The notes below the pieces were generated by a model. It saw only the letters and a list, made by a program, of their open reading frames with translations, did no database searches and was not told the origin of the DNA. From NCBI GenBank assembly GCA_951813565.1, contig OX638351.1, forward strand, positions 4,480,001 to 4,544,000: a stretch of 64,000 nucleotides of DNA, given 5' to 3'. Shown here in pieces: positions 1-10,687 of this stretch (its first letter is position 1; the number at the start of each line of letters is the position of its first letter). The stretch is from an uncultured Poribacteria bacterium (GTDB lineage: Bacteria > Poribacteria > WGA-4E > WGA-3G). Made by a program: the position numbers and the translations under genes.

Positions 1-433
1 GGCGATGGACGACCTACTCAAGGAAACACCGACCAGCCAACTGTTTACCGTGTTTGGTTTGCCGCGTACAGAACTCAAAGAAACAGAAAATGGCGAATTC
101 ATCGTCAAGATGGAAGGTGTGGACATTTATAATCCTGTGGACAACACGGTGAATTCTGCAGGTGCAGATAAAGTTGCAGCGTGGTTTATTGATTCGGATT
201 ATAACGGTCGAGACTTCTGCATCACGCAAGCCTTCTTTCCTGACAAAAAAGCGTGGGACAAAATCGTCCGTGATCTCAAAGGCGTAATTGACCCTGAATG
301 TTTTGAGAAGTTTAGTGGCACAGAATCTTTGCCGTTTCCTGCGGATGAGCATGCGTGTGTAGCAGTCAAAGTCATTGATCCGCGTGGGAATGAGGTTATG
401 CGCGTGCATGCTTTGGGTGAGGTGGGGTATTGA
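1..433 (+). CDS. C-terminal part of site-specific DNA methyltransferase (type III RM Mod-like), 5'-truncated by window
   Basis: C-terminal motifs WFIDSDYNG..F...QAFFP and AVKVIDPRGNEVMRV typical of long type III-like Mod subunits; followed by Res-type fragment. Confidence 0.75.
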   Translation, partial: AMDDLLKETPTSQLFTVFGLPRTELKETENGEFIVKMEGVDIYNPVDNTVNSAGADKVAAWFIDSDYNGRDFCITQAFFPDKKAWDKIVRDLKGVIDPECFEKFSGTESLPFPADEHACVAVKVIDPRGNEVMRVHALGEVGY

Positions 434-551
434 TTCTGATTGTCTGAATCGCGGATTTCACAGAGGACGCGGATTTTAAGAGGAGATGCGTTTGTAGTCG
501 CGCAATTCATTGCACCTTTTCTCTTTTTTCTGTGAATCGCGGGTTTTAGCC

Positions 552-1085
552 CCACTAATCGTAGAACGTTTGATGACTGCTATTCAACCTGATGAAGCGA
601 AAGGTGAAATCCCGCTGCTGCCTATCCTCAACCGTTATGCACCGATCGGCACATCGGCTGATGTTGACTTTCTCACAGCGCGAACATGTGTAGCAACAGA
701 ACGGAGTCATGTGAATCAGGTAGTACTGGATACAGACACATGGGAACGTGCTGCTAAATTTCGGCTTGAGCAATCTGATGTTGTCCAATGTTACGTGCGG
801 AACGACCATCTCGGACTCGGAATTCCGTATGAATACAACGGTTTTTCTCATCTCTACGAACCAGATTTTATTGTACGACTGACAAATGGAGTCCATCTTG
901 TTTTAGAAATAAAAGGTTTTGAACCGGATCAGGTTCATGCGAAACATGCTGCAGCTAAACGTTGGATAGCCGCAGTGAATAATTGGGGTAAATTGAAAAA
1001 ATGGGAATTTCATGTTTGCCGAGATCCACAATTGCTGAGGGAGGAATTGGCTGAGATTTTTGAGGGTTCAATTACACCTGGTTAG
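552..1085 (+). pseudogene. C-terminal nuclease fragment of type III restriction (Res) subunit; helicase part missing
   Basis: SHVNQVVLDT..WE, YVRNDHLGLGIPY, YEPDFIVRL, LEIKG (PD-(D/E)xK), RWIAAVNN; only ~175 aa, begins right after a repeat element. Confidence 0.75.
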
Positions 1086-1119
1086 TTATAGAAACTTAGT
1101 ATCAATTCCGGAGTAACAA

Positions 1120-2136
1120 ATGAAATTAGCACTTCTCTCCTACAGCCATCACGGACGCAGCATGGCACGCACCGCACAAGCACTCGGACACGAAATCGTA
1201 GGTGTGATGGATGCGGAGCATTCACAACGCGAACAGTTAGCAAATGACTTTCAGTCTCCAGCATTTGATTCTGCAGGCAACTGTCTGGATGCAACCAAAC
1301 CGGACGCAGCACTTGTCGCGGGAAAACATACCGAAATGCCATCTCACGTTCGGGCATGTGTTGACAGACGTATCCCCTATCTTTTGGATAAACCGTTCGC
1401 AGACTGTGCAGATAGGCTGCGTCCTACAGCAAAGGCATCCGAAAAGCATGGCGTATTCAGCGCGCTTGTGCTGCCAAACCGTGTAAGCAGAATCGTGAGT
1501 GTCGTCAAGGAGATGATTGAAGATGGCAGTTTGGGTGACCTTGTGTTATACAATAGCAGATTGAACAATGGTCCACCATCCCGTTATGATCCGACACCTT
1601 CCTACTGGCACAACGATCCGAACATTTCCGGTGGTGGGTGTTGGGCAGTTGAAGCAGCACACGGTATTGATACTTTTCTTCAGTTTGTGGGTAATCAGGA
1701 GATTACGGTGGTTGGTGCGGTGATGTCTAATGCTATGCATAGTCGGGGAGTGGAGGATAGCGGTATCGGTGTGCTAAGGACAGAAGACGGTATCACAGGG
1801 ATTATTGAGTCGGGTTATACCTATCCGTCAGGCAAGCGGGGTGGCGATCACTTCTTCCGATTTATTGGCACAAAAGCATCGGTATTTGAGCAATATGGTA
1901 AGAATGGCGAACCGTTGATTGAAGTTCACACAACAGAAGGTGTGCAGTTCAGCGAGGACATCTCACACGGTGCAAGAATAAAAGGCGTGATGGGTAAAGC
2001 ATTTGACGCTATTCGTGACGGAGGCACATTTGAACCGTCGGTTGTTGATGCTGTGCGGATACTTGAAATTCAGGATGCCGTTTATGCACATGCCCGCCAG
2101 AGCGTGACGACGCACGGTCCGCATCCGATGGGATAA
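1120..2136 (+). CDS. Gfo/Idh/MocA family oxidoreductase
   Basis: Rossmann N-terminus, LLDKPFA (EKP-like), GGGCWAVEAAHGID; RBS ggag. Confidence 0.85.
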   Translation: MKLALLSYSHHGRSMARTAQALGHEIVGVMDAEHSQREQLANDFQSPAFDSAGNCLDATKPDAALVAGKHTEMPSHVRACVDRRIPYLLDKPFADCADRLRPTAKASEKHGVFSALVLPNRVSRIVSVVKEMIEDGSLGDLVLYNSRLNNGPPSRYDPTPSYWHNDPNISGGGCWAVEAAHGIDTFLQFVGNQEITVVGAVMSNAMHSRGVEDSGIGVLRTEDGITGIIESGYTYPSGKRGGDHFFRFIGTKASVFEQYGKNGEPLIEVHTTEGVQFSEDISHGARIKGVMGKAFDAIRDGGTFEPSVVDAVRILEIQDAVYAHARQSVTTHGPHPMG

Positions 2137-2269
2137 AATACGTCCGAAAGATTGACTACATACTTTATTAACAAGAAAGAGGCGCAATGAATTGCGCGAC
2201 TACAAACACTGTTAATGGAAAAAGAGGCGTATAGGAATATTCGTATATCACTATAATGAGGAGTTAAAT

Positions 2270-3232
2270 ATGCCAAATTCGCAAACTGCAAACGTAGAAG
2301 AAATCCTACCAGCAGACTCTAAACTTGAGGAAGTTTTCAGTGACGCACATTTTACGGAGGGACCAACCGTCGCGCCAGATGGCACGGTCTATTTCAGCGA
2401 TATCACCTTCACACATCAAGCTGATATGCAAGCCGGACACATCATGCGATACGATCCTAAAACAGGGGATACCTCTGTTTTTCGATCTCCAAGTGGGATG
2501 TCAAACGGGATGAAGTTTGACGCACATGGACGTTTAGTTGTTGCGGAGGGCGCAGATTTCGGAGGACGACGGATTACCCGAACTGATATGAAAACGGGGA
2601 AAAGTGATATTATCGCAGGTCTATATGAAGGAAAATCGTTTAATTCACCTAATGATCTTACGATTGATGAGCAGGGAAGAATCTATTTTACTGATCCTCG
2701 CTACGTTGGGCATGAGTCTGTAGCACAACCCGTTATGGGTGTCTATCGGATTGATACAGATGGTTCAGTCCATCTCGTCATCGCTGATTCCGGCAAACCG
2801 AATGGTATCGCGGTCTCACCTGATCAGAAAACGCTTTATGTCGGTAGTAACGACAGCGGTTCGTTTCGGGAGATGCCTGATGAATTGCCAACTTGCATGG
2901 GACGGATGGCACTCCTTGCTTACGATTTGTCATCTGACGGGACAGCAACTTTCCGTGAAATGCTCGCTGACTATGCGCCAGAACACGGTCCCGACGGATT
3001 TGAAGTTGATGTGGAAGGTAATCTCTACGTTGCAGTCCGCGATGCAACACGGTTTGGTATTTGTGTTTATGCGCCAGATGGTAAGGAATTGGCGTACATC
3101 AAGACACCGGAATTACCGACAAACGTCGCCTTTGGGCGTGGTGAAGCGAGTAAGGTGCTTTATATCACCGCAGGAGGGTGTCTCTTTAGAATTCGTGTTG
3201 GAAAAGACGGTTATCACCTTCCGCAAAAATAG
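2270..3232 (+). CDS. SMP-30/gluconolactonase/LRE family protein
   Basis: FTEGP, NGMKFD, FNSPNDL, PNGIAVSPD, GPDG..VDVEGN, PTNVAFG motifs. Confidence 0.9.
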   Translation: MPNSQTANVEEILPADSKLEEVFSDAHFTEGPTVAPDGTVYFSDITFTHQADMQAGHIMRYDPKTGDTSVFRSPSGMSNGMKFDAHGRLVVAEGADFGGRRITRTDMKTGKSDIIAGLYEGKSFNSPNDLTIDEQGRIYFTDPRYVGHESVAQPVMGVYRIDTDGSVHLVIADSGKPNGIAVSPDQKTLYVGSNDSGSFREMPDELPTCMGRMALLAYDLSSDGTATFREMLADYAPEHGPDGFEVDVEGNLYVAVRDATRFGICVYAPDGKELAYIKTPELPTNVAFGRGEASKVLYITAGGCLFRIRVGKDGYHLPQK

Positions 3233-3244
3233 AATTGTTCTTGG

Positions 3245-4645
3245 TTAAATGTTGGGATGAAGATTATGCCATGAGGTTGCACTCTCATAAGCGTGCCCAA
3301 CTTGACACAATAGCGGTTCTGACAAATGCTTGCCAACAAACTGAATGCTCAAGGGCAATCCTTCGCTGTTCATACCGCACGGTACAGATAGTGTTGGTGC
3401 ACCGTTGTAGTCAAACGGCGCGGTAAATCGTTGAAACCGCGCAGGTCGTGTTTCTTTTGGTCCGTATAACAGTTCTGGCGTAACTTTGTGCGGTGGTGCG
3501 GACATTGACGGACATACCAACACATCAATATCTTGAAATACCCATCTGAGATGTCCTGTACATTCGGCTCTTAAGTTGTTTGCTTCGGCATATTTAGCCC
3601 CTGTTACCTGCGCGCCCATATCAAGCCACCCTTGGAACCAAGGACCGTATGCATCACGTTGTGAAGGATAGGTAGCTGCATGCGCTGCTACCGCTTCTGC
3701 GGAACAGATTGTTGGCCACGCCAACACATATTCATCCACGTCTGGTAATTGCACATCAACGATTTCAGCACCTAATTCTTCTAAAACTTTCACACCAGCA
3801 CATACCGCTTCGGCAAGTTTAGGGTCAACATCCTTCGTTGCGTAATTTTCGTCAAACCCTATTTTAACTCTTTTGATACCCTTATCTATCCCATCAAGCA
3901 TAGCAGGTACAGGATTGGGCAGAGAAGTTGGATCATTCGGGTCAAAGCCAGCGATTGTCTCAAGGATAATTCCTACATCAGCCACGCTCCGCGTCATTGG
4001 ACCGACATGATCCATCGATTCAGCGAGTGCCAGCACACCGTATCGGCTTACTCTACCCCACGTTGGTTTTATTCCAACAATCCCGCACGCAGCTGAGGGA
4101 AAGCGAATTGAACCACCAGTGTCACTACCGATTGAACCTGAACACAATCCTGCAGCAGTTGCAACGCCAGAACCGCTTGAAGATGAACCTGTCCATCGGT
4201 TTGGATTCCACGGATTGATGGGAATATCAAATTCCGGATGGTAACCGCCCATTGCGCCTTCTGTCAAATTGAGTTTGCCAAGTAGCACCGCCCCCGCGGC
4301 TTCAAGTCTCCCAACAACCGTGCTGTCAAACTCGGGGACATGATTTTGCAGAACTTTCGCGCCGCCCATCGTGCGAACATCCTTTGTAAAACAGAGATCT
4401 TTCACTGCAATCGGGACACCGTGAAGCGGTCCACGATATTTACCTGCTGAAATTTCCTGTTCAGCTTTCTGTGCTGCTGCTATCGCATGGTCTGCCATTA
4501 CTGTGGCATAACTTTTCAACTGGTCGTCAAGTTGTTCAATCCGCTGCAACATAACGGTTGTCAGTTCAACTGGTGACAACTTTTTTGAAGACAGTAATTC
4601 TGCGATTTCGGTAATAGGTTTATAGTGAAGTGGTGTTTCTGACAT
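3245..4645 (-). CDS. Amidase signature family protein (GatA-like amidase)
   Basis: GPLHGVPIAVKD, GSSSGSG, GSDTGGSIRFPS; start set to MSETPLH. Confidence 0.9.
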   Translation of the reverse strand: MSETPLHYKPITEIAELLSSKKLSPVELTTVMLQRIEQLDDQLKSYATVMADHAIAAAQKAEQEISAGKYRGPLHGVPIAVKDLCFTKDVRTMGGAKVLQNHVPEFDSTVVGRLEAAGAVLLGKLNLTEGAMGGYHPEFDIPINPWNPNRWTGSSSSGSGVATAAGLCSGSIGSDTGGSIRFPSAACGIVGIKPTWGRVSRYGVLALAESMDHVGPMTRSVADVGIILETIAGFDPNDPTSLPNPVPAMLDGIDKGIKRVKIGFDENYATKDVDPKLAEAVCAGVKVLEELGAEIVDVQLPDVDEYVLAWPTICSAEAVAAHAATYPSQRDAYGPWFQGWLDMGAQVTGAKYAEANNLRAECTGHLRWVFQDIDVLVCPSMSAPPHKVTPELLYGPKETRPARFQRFTAPFDYNGAPTLSVPCGMNSEGLPLSIQFVGKHLSEPLLCQVGHAYESATSWHNLHPNI

Positions 4646-4666
4646 GTTACGCCTTCTTGATTTCAA

Positions 4667-5524
4667 TTAAGAATTCGGACGACTACGTCCTAACAAACCC
4701 AGCAGACGATCACTTGCATTTTGTAATGCGTCTTCTGGTACAGGCACTCCGTTACACAGACTGAACCGCCAGTATGCCCAATAAGCTGCATACTGAGATT
4801 GTAAAATATAACGGGTTTTGCCCGACAGGTTCGGTGCACCACGATGCCAACATTGTGGGTCCTGCAGATAAATATCACCTGCTTTGCAGAAAATAGAAAC
4901 CGGTTTATTCCCTTCAAATTCGGGATTTTCTTGATCGTTGGGACCTCTGCCTGAATAATGGCTGCCACGGACATATTGAGTCGGTCCTTCCTCAATTGTA
5001 TCAATATCGTTTAGTGCCATCTGAACCGTGAACCACATCACAGGCATCCGTAAGCGAGGATCGTGGCGTGGCATCTCATCGGTAACAGGAAAATGTACCG
5101 ATCCGTCTACATGCCAAGTGCTAATAGAGAGTCCGGGTAGATTACGAAGCACATTCTGACCACAAAACTTGCAGTTTGCCCCGACTATTGCCTCAGCCAA
5201 ACTCAAAATCGGTTCACGAAGCAGCATATCCCGATAGATCGGATCAAGTTCAATCGTATTTCGTAAAATGAAAGGTAATGTTTCACCCGATTCAGCGTGT
5301 GCACCCATCTGGATATATCGGTGGTCTGCAAGTTCAGGGTTTGTCCTTTCAGCAAGTTCTGGGTCTGCGAAGAACGCATCTGTTTTATCTCGTAGTGCAG
5401 TGACCTCATCTTCAGTCAGCACTCCCGGAATATGAACAAATCCATCACGGAAGAATTGTTCGGCGATCTGTGTTGTTTTCTCTTCACTAAAAGGTTTACC
5501 ACTTAGTATTGGACTGTTTTCCAT
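4667..5524 (-). CDS. Phytanoyl-CoA dioxygenase family (Fe/2OG) protein
   Basis: F..DGFV.I, WHVD, GPT.YV.GSH, AGD....D...WHRG.PN. Confidence 0.85.
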   Translation of the reverse strand: MENSPILSGKPFSEEKTTQIAEQFFRDGFVHIPGVLTEDEVTALRDKTDAFFADPELAERTNPELADHRYIQMGAHAESGETLPFILRNTIELDPIYRDMLLREPILSLAEAIVGANCKFCGQNVLRNLPGLSISTWHVDGSVHFPVTDEMPRHDPRLRMPVMWFTVQMALNDIDTIEEGPTQYVRGSHYSGRGPNDQENPEFEGNKPVSIFCKAGDIYLQDPQCWHRGAPNLSGKTRYILQSQYAAYWAYWRFSLCNGVPVPEDALQNASDRLLGLLGRSRPNS

Positions 5525-5576
5525 ATTGTATCTCCTCTTAAACCAATAACCTTATTAATTCATAAATACCACACAG

Positions 5577-8500
5577 TTATTTCTCTTCATTGTTACCAAA
5601 CTTCAAATCAGAAAAAGGGTTGCCTTCTGAGTCTGTAATCCGCATATAAAATGCCCATCCACCCTGTTCATTACATACCTTAACAAAGATGCTGTTTTTG
5701 CCGGGTTTGAGTGTCACAGGAATAGTATATGTATCAACTATTGCCATAAAGGTTTTCGTATGGGAAAAAACCTCTTTGCCATTGAGCCATACTTTCCCTT
5801 GGTCATCACTATCAAATCGGATTTCAACTTCCCGTTCATCGGGGGAGGTAACGATTGTGAAGGCATAAGCGACATGCCAATCAACATCGCCTTCTCCGAG
5901 ATGAATGTACCCATCTAAATCATCATCGGAGAACTTTTTCCAACTTACTTGTCCATTTAATCCATCGTATTTTGCAGTCAAATCAATTTCCGTGATGTCC
6001 TCAGGAATGTATGCTCTATCGTAACCGATTCCATCGGTATTATCAAATGGACCAAGCACCATCCATGCATCTTCAGTAATAAAGCCAGTTCTCTGAACAT
6101 ATTCATCCGCCTTTTCAAACTGTCCAAACTCCCGATAGTATTCTGCTAAAGCGAAGTTGGCATTTAACTTAGTTTGCAGCGCATCAGGGTGAAGGTTTTC
6201 AAGAATAAATACAGTCCTCTGTATATACTCTTCTGCTTTTACAGGTTGCCCATATTCGCGATAGCATTCTGCTAATGCGATGTAAGCGTTTACCCGGATT
6301 TCCAAACTATCCGTGGGTATATTTTCAGTAATCAATTCAGTTTTTTGAATATGTTCTTCTGCCTTTTCAAGCATACCATTTGCGGCATAAAATTTAGCCA
6401 AAATTATGTGTGAATTCAGTTGGATGTTCGGTCTATCAGAAGCAAATTCAATCAATTGACTCAACATATTGGCGTAACCTTCTATGTCTTTGACGTTTTT
6501 GCTGGCTCTGGTAATCTGTCTGAACAACTTGCGTTCTAACTTTGGGGAGGCTATGACATTTAAGTCTCCTTTTGGTGTTGGAACAGTTCTTGACGTAGTA
6601 ATATATAGGTTTCTTTTGTACCGTTCTAATGCCTCTTCATACCATTCGTTTGCGAGATATACCTCTGCTAAAGTCAAAGCATGTTTTATGCTTTTCACTG
6701 TTAGTGATGAACGTTCAAGGAATTTCAACACGTTTTCTGTGGATTGTCCCGTAGTGTGAAGATCTTTATCAGGATTACGTTCTTGCTCCTCTTTGCGTGC
6801 ACTCGTGCTAACTTTCTCCCAGTCCCAGAAGAGAATTGTACCTCCTCCAACACTAATAAGTGTTTTGCCATCAGGCGAAAATGTCAACGCCTCCACCATG
6901 TTAGTGTGTCCATCAAGCGTAGCGAGTATATCTCCTGTAGATACATCAAATAATTGAATTTTACCGTTATAAAGACTGGTAACAAGCACACAATTGTCTG
7001 GTGAAAACAGTAAGGTATCGTCAAATAATTTAGCATCAAGTGACACTTCTTTGAAATGTATTTGTTTCAATCTTCCTAACAAACGAATCTTGTTCCGGTC
7101 TCTCACAGCAAGTAGCAAACCATCTGAGGAAAACGCAAATGAACGAATAGGAAACGTGCGCCCATTACCACTTGAAGGCTGCTCTTTAAAGAAAGAAGCT
7201 AAAGCAACCCCTGTTTCCGCATCCCACATTTGAACCTGTCCGCCCTCGTTTCCGCTGACAATATTTTTGCCATCTGGTGAGAATGCTACAGTTTCAACAA
7301 AAGATTTGTCATCATCAAAATTCTCACCGTGGTCTGAGGTTATTATTTTAAGTTTTTCACCCGATTCCGTATTTAAGATGTAGATTGTGTTTCCGCGACT
7401 ACCGGCAATGGTCTTCCCGTCAGGAGAAAAAACTTTCTCATTATCGTCTGGAAAAGCCGCCAACTCACGTCCCGTTTTAACATCAGTCAGACGGAGCTCA
7501 TAATTATCAAAATTAGGGTCAGACGAATCATGGACAAGACCGTGGGTGAGGAGTTTTGTTCCATCAGGTGAAAGCACAAGGGATACGTAAGAACCCCATG
7601 ATCTTAGTATCTCAAGTGTCTTTTTGGTTTTGTGAGTCGTTTTATGGTGATTCTTCAGATCCCAGGCAGTGACTATTCCATCTGATGAAACACTTGCGAG
7701 TGTGGAATTATCTTTTATGAAAGACGCGTTTCTTATCCACGCATGTCCAGTAATGCTGGTCTGGCGAGGTGCTTTCGTCTCAATGCTCCAAAACCGGACG
7801 GTGCCATCTGAACTTCCACTTGCGAGTGTGTTACCATCTGGCGAAAATGCCAATCTGGAAACATTACTTGTGTGACCAGCAAAGGATGCGATCAATTCAG
7901 TTGTTACGATATTCCACAGTTGGATAGAACTATTGATATTTCCTATAGCGAGCAAATTTCCATCTGGAGAGAATACTAACACTGTAGGTCTACCTGGACT
8001 ATTCTTTTCCCATGGCTCATGTGTGTGCAATTTTCCATCTGGCGAATGAAATAACATTTTCATTTTGTCCATTGACTTATTTAGGAAAATTAGTTCTTCT
8101 CCAGTGATGGTATCCCATACTTGCACCGTTCCATCCAGATTTCCACTGGCGAGTTTTACTCCATCTGGGGTAAATGCTAACGATATAGAATGATTTTCTG
8201 CCGACACTCCAATCCGAAAATTAATCGTCTTCTCTGTTTGTTCCCTGAGCGTAGATAACTTCTTGCCAGTCCTAATGTCCCACAACTCAAGCCTACCACC
8301 TCTGCTTCCGATAGCAATTTTATCTTCGGTAAGCGCATAGTTTTCAAGATGAGCATAACCGGGTCTTTCTCCAATTACGGTGGTAGTCATCTGTCCAGTT
8401 TCAGTATTTAATATGCTAATTGTGTCTCTGGCTTTACCCATACTCACAAACGTCTTGCGGTCTTTCAAAAACCATGCCACGTCAACATCTGGAAGGGTAT

Positions 8501-8771
8501 CGTGATGTGAAACATTTCGTCCTGTTGCTATTTCCCACACCCCTTTTTCACTTTTGAGAAAGCGTCCATCAGAGGAAAATGCAAGCGTGCCAGATATTTC
8601 TGGAATGAGAGATATCTCCTTGCCCGTTTCTACATCGTATAACCATACACCGACAGAACTGTGCACTGCAATTTGTGTGCCATCTGGTGAAAACTGAATA
8701 CCTCCCATACCACCCTTACCTAAACGCATTTTCGCTTCTTTTGGCAGATTCCATTGTGGATAATTCTCCAT
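5577..8771 (-). CDS. WD40-repeat protein with TPR-like repeats and C-terminal beta-sandwich (PA14/galactose-binding-like) domain
   Basis: QWNLP.EAK.RLGKG start, many AFSPDG..LASG...GTVR.W repeats, three TPR-like units, C-terminal LGPFDN...SDDQGKVWLNG domain. Confidence 0.85.
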   Translation of the reverse strand: MENYPQWNLPKEAKMRLGKGGMGGIQFSPDGTQIAVHSSVGVWLYDVETGKEISLIPEISGTLAFSSDGRFLKSEKGVWEIATGRNVSHHDTLPDVDVAWFLKDRKTFVSMGKARDTISILNTETGQMTTTVIGERPGYAHLENYALTEDKIAIGSRGGRLELWDIRTGKKLSTLREQTEKTINFRIGVSAENHSISLAFTPDGVKLASGNLDGTVQVWDTITGEELIFLNKSMDKMKMLFHSPDGKLHTHEPWEKNSPGRPTVLVFSPDGNLLAIGNINSSIQLWNIVTTELIASFAGHTSNVSRLAFSPDGNTLASGSSDGTVRFWSIETKAPRQTSITGHAWIRNASFIKDNSTLASVSSDGIVTAWDLKNHHKTTHKTKKTLEILRSWGSYVSLVLSPDGTKLLTHGLVHDSSDPNFDNYELRLTDVKTGRELAAFPDDNEKVFSPDGKTIAGSRGNTIYILNTESGEKLKIITSDHGENFDDDKSFVETVAFSPDGKNIVSGNEGGQVQMWDAETGVALASFFKEQPSSGNGRTFPIRSFAFSSDGLLLAVRDRNKIRLLGRLKQIHFKEVSLDAKLFDDTLLFSPDNCVLVTSLYNGKIQLFDVSTGDILATLDGHTNMVEALTFSPDGKTLISVGGGTILFWDWEKVSTSARKEEQERNPDKDLHTTGQSTENVLKFLERSSLTVKSIKHALTLAEVYLANEWYEEALERYKRNLYITTSRTVPTPKGDLNVIASPKLERKLFRQITRASKNVKDIEGYANMLSQLIEFASDRPNIQLNSHIILAKFYAANGMLEKAEEHIQKTELITENIPTDSLEIRVNAYIALAECYREYGQPVKAEEYIQRTVFILENLHPDALQTKLNANFALAEYYREFGQFEKADEYVQRTGFITEDAWMVLGPFDNTDGIGYDRAYIPEDITEIDLTAKYDGLNGQVSWKKFSDDDLDGYIHLGEGDVDWHVAYAFTIVTSPDEREVEIRFDSDDQGKVWLNGKEVFSHTKTFMAIVDTYTIPVTLKPGKNSIFVKVCNEQGGWAFYMRITDSEGNPFSDLKFGNNEEK

Positions 8772-8919
8772 TTCTTGCTCCTCATCTGCCTCCGCAGATA
8801 GTGGTGTATCATCATGTTGTTTATAAACAAGTTTTTAGTTATGTGTAAACACTCCCAAGTTTTCTCCACATTTCCAACTTCAATGCAACAATTTCAATAA
8901 CGGGTGGTGCAATAATCTT

Positions 8920-10377
8920 TCAATCCAAATAATCCATTTCTGGCAAAAGATTCCATCGGTACTGGTCAGGAGGTTGTGTGTTGCGTGCCCATTGGCCAAG
9001 AACGCGTGTATCGGTTCGCTTGGCTGCCATCTGAACAGCAATCTTATCGGGATCCCATCCATCCAAAATCTTTTCCGTCAACGCCATCAACATGTCTCTA
9101 CATTCTGGGTCATTTGATCGGTCATCTAATTCATTTGGATCTTCCTTCAAGTTAAACAGTTGAGTCGGTTGCTCGTGATAGTAATTCAGTTTCCAATCTT
9201 CATAGCGAACCATCCGATGATAACATCCATCGTCGGTGCAAAATTCAGAAAATGCGATGTCTTCCCACGCCGCATTTTCTTCACGAAAAAGCGGTAGAAC
9301 ACTTCTTCCACGGGAATTTGGCAAAGGCGATGCGCCAAGAGCATCAATCATTGTCGCATTCAAATCAAGTGAACTGATTACACGATTACACCGCACACCT
9401 TCTGGCAGGCTGCCTCTCCACGATAAAATCGCCGGGACTTTGACAGAATGTTCATAAAATGTCTGTTTCCACCAAAGCCCGTGTTCACCAACCTGTTCGC
9501 CGTGATCAGAACTATAAAGGATAATCGTGTTCTGATCCAATTCATTTTCTCTGAGTACAGTCAGAATCTGCCCAATCATTATATCCATCCGTGTAACCAA
9601 AGCCCAATATGCCGTGCGTGCCCGAAGGATCTCATCATTAGAGACTTCGGTTATCCCACATTTTTCGCGCCACCATCGGAAGTAGGGATGCAGTTTATCT
9701 GAAAAAGGTTCAGGGTTTTGCGGCATCGTCATCTGCCCTTCATATAGTTGATAGTCTACCTGACGCGCAACAAAAGGTTGATGCGGCAACATAAACCCGA
9801 CAGAAATTGAAAACGGTGTATCAAGTAGTCCTGCTCTTTTCTGAACGCCAAGCCGATTGAGATAATCGACGGTTGCCGCAGTTACATCCTCATCGTGAAC
9901 CTGATACGCACTCTGCCCTGGACCAGATTTTTGTAGACTTACTCGCGCCGGTCCCGCTGTTCCAGATAGCTCACCGTGGTCAACACCGCCCCCACCCGGA
10001 TGATTCGGTCCGTGGTCACCCACAAGACGTTCAGTATAACCGTGCAGCTGATCCGGCCCTAAAGCATGCATTCGTCCAATGAGAACGGGTTCGTACCCAG
10101 CAGTGCCCATCGCATGTGCGAAAGTCGGAATCCCAGAATCAAGGATATGGCTGTTTGTCCACACTGCATTTTCGTACGGGTATCGTCCGCTCAACATTGA
10201 CATACGGGAAGGCACACAGATCGGTGACGGACAGTAGGTATTTTCAAACACAATCCCATCTGCAGCGAGTTGGTCAAGGTTTGGAGTTTGCACCAATTCA
10301 TCACCATAACAACCTGTAACATAAGGGTTGTGTTGATCAGAATGGATATATAACAAATTGGGACGCTGATTGTACAT
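8920..10377 (-). CDS. Sulfatase (formylglycine type, choline-sulfatase-like)
   Basis: PNLLYIHSDQH, CVPSR (CxPxR), GRMH, SDHGE, LFNLKEDPNE; start MYNQRP with gagg RBS. Confidence 0.9.
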   Translation of the reverse strand: MYNQRPNLLYIHSDQHNPYVTGCYGDELVQTPNLDQLAADGIVFENTYCPSPICVPSRMSMLSGRYPYENAVWTNSHILDSGIPTFAHAMGTAGYEPVLIGRMHALGPDQLHGYTERLVGDHGPNHPGGGGVDHGELSGTAGPARVSLQKSGPGQSAYQVHDEDVTAATVDYLNRLGVQKRAGLLDTPFSISVGFMLPHQPFVARQVDYQLYEGQMTMPQNPEPFSDKLHPYFRWWREKCGITEVSNDEILRARTAYWALVTRMDIMIGQILTVLRENELDQNTIILYSSDHGEQVGEHGLWWKQTFYEHSVKVPAILSWRGSLPEGVRCNRVISSLDLNATMIDALGASPLPNSRGRSVLPLFREENAAWEDIAFSEFCTDDGCYHRMVRYEDWKLNYYHEQPTQLFNLKEDPNELDDRSNDPECRDMLMALTEKILDGWDPDKIAVQMAAKRTDTRVLGQWARNTQPPDQYRWNLLPEMDYLD

Positions 10378-10472
10378 TCTTTTATCTACCTCGTAAATGA
10401 TGCTGAAATCCATTATACATGGGATAAGATTATCGTCAAGCAAAAACATATCACGCACCATGCGTTTCTATT

Positions 10473-10502
10473 TGACATAGAAATACGGGTTGTAGTACAA
10501 TA
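10473..10502 (+). promoter_or_regulatory. Putative sigma70 promoter for NUDIX gene
   Basis: TTGACA-N18-TACAAT. Confidence 0.45.
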
Positions 10503-10687
10503 TTAAAGGTTGTTCAAATCTCATCTTAATTTTCTCTCAAAACTTTACCAAGTTGACATTGGACGCTGCCTGAATATCTCCGACAACAACTCAAATTGCC
10601 AACTCTAAAATAAGTATAACGCAAACCTTACAAAATTCAGGTACCACTCACGTTATGTGATACGTTGTATGAACTTATGGAGAGAAA

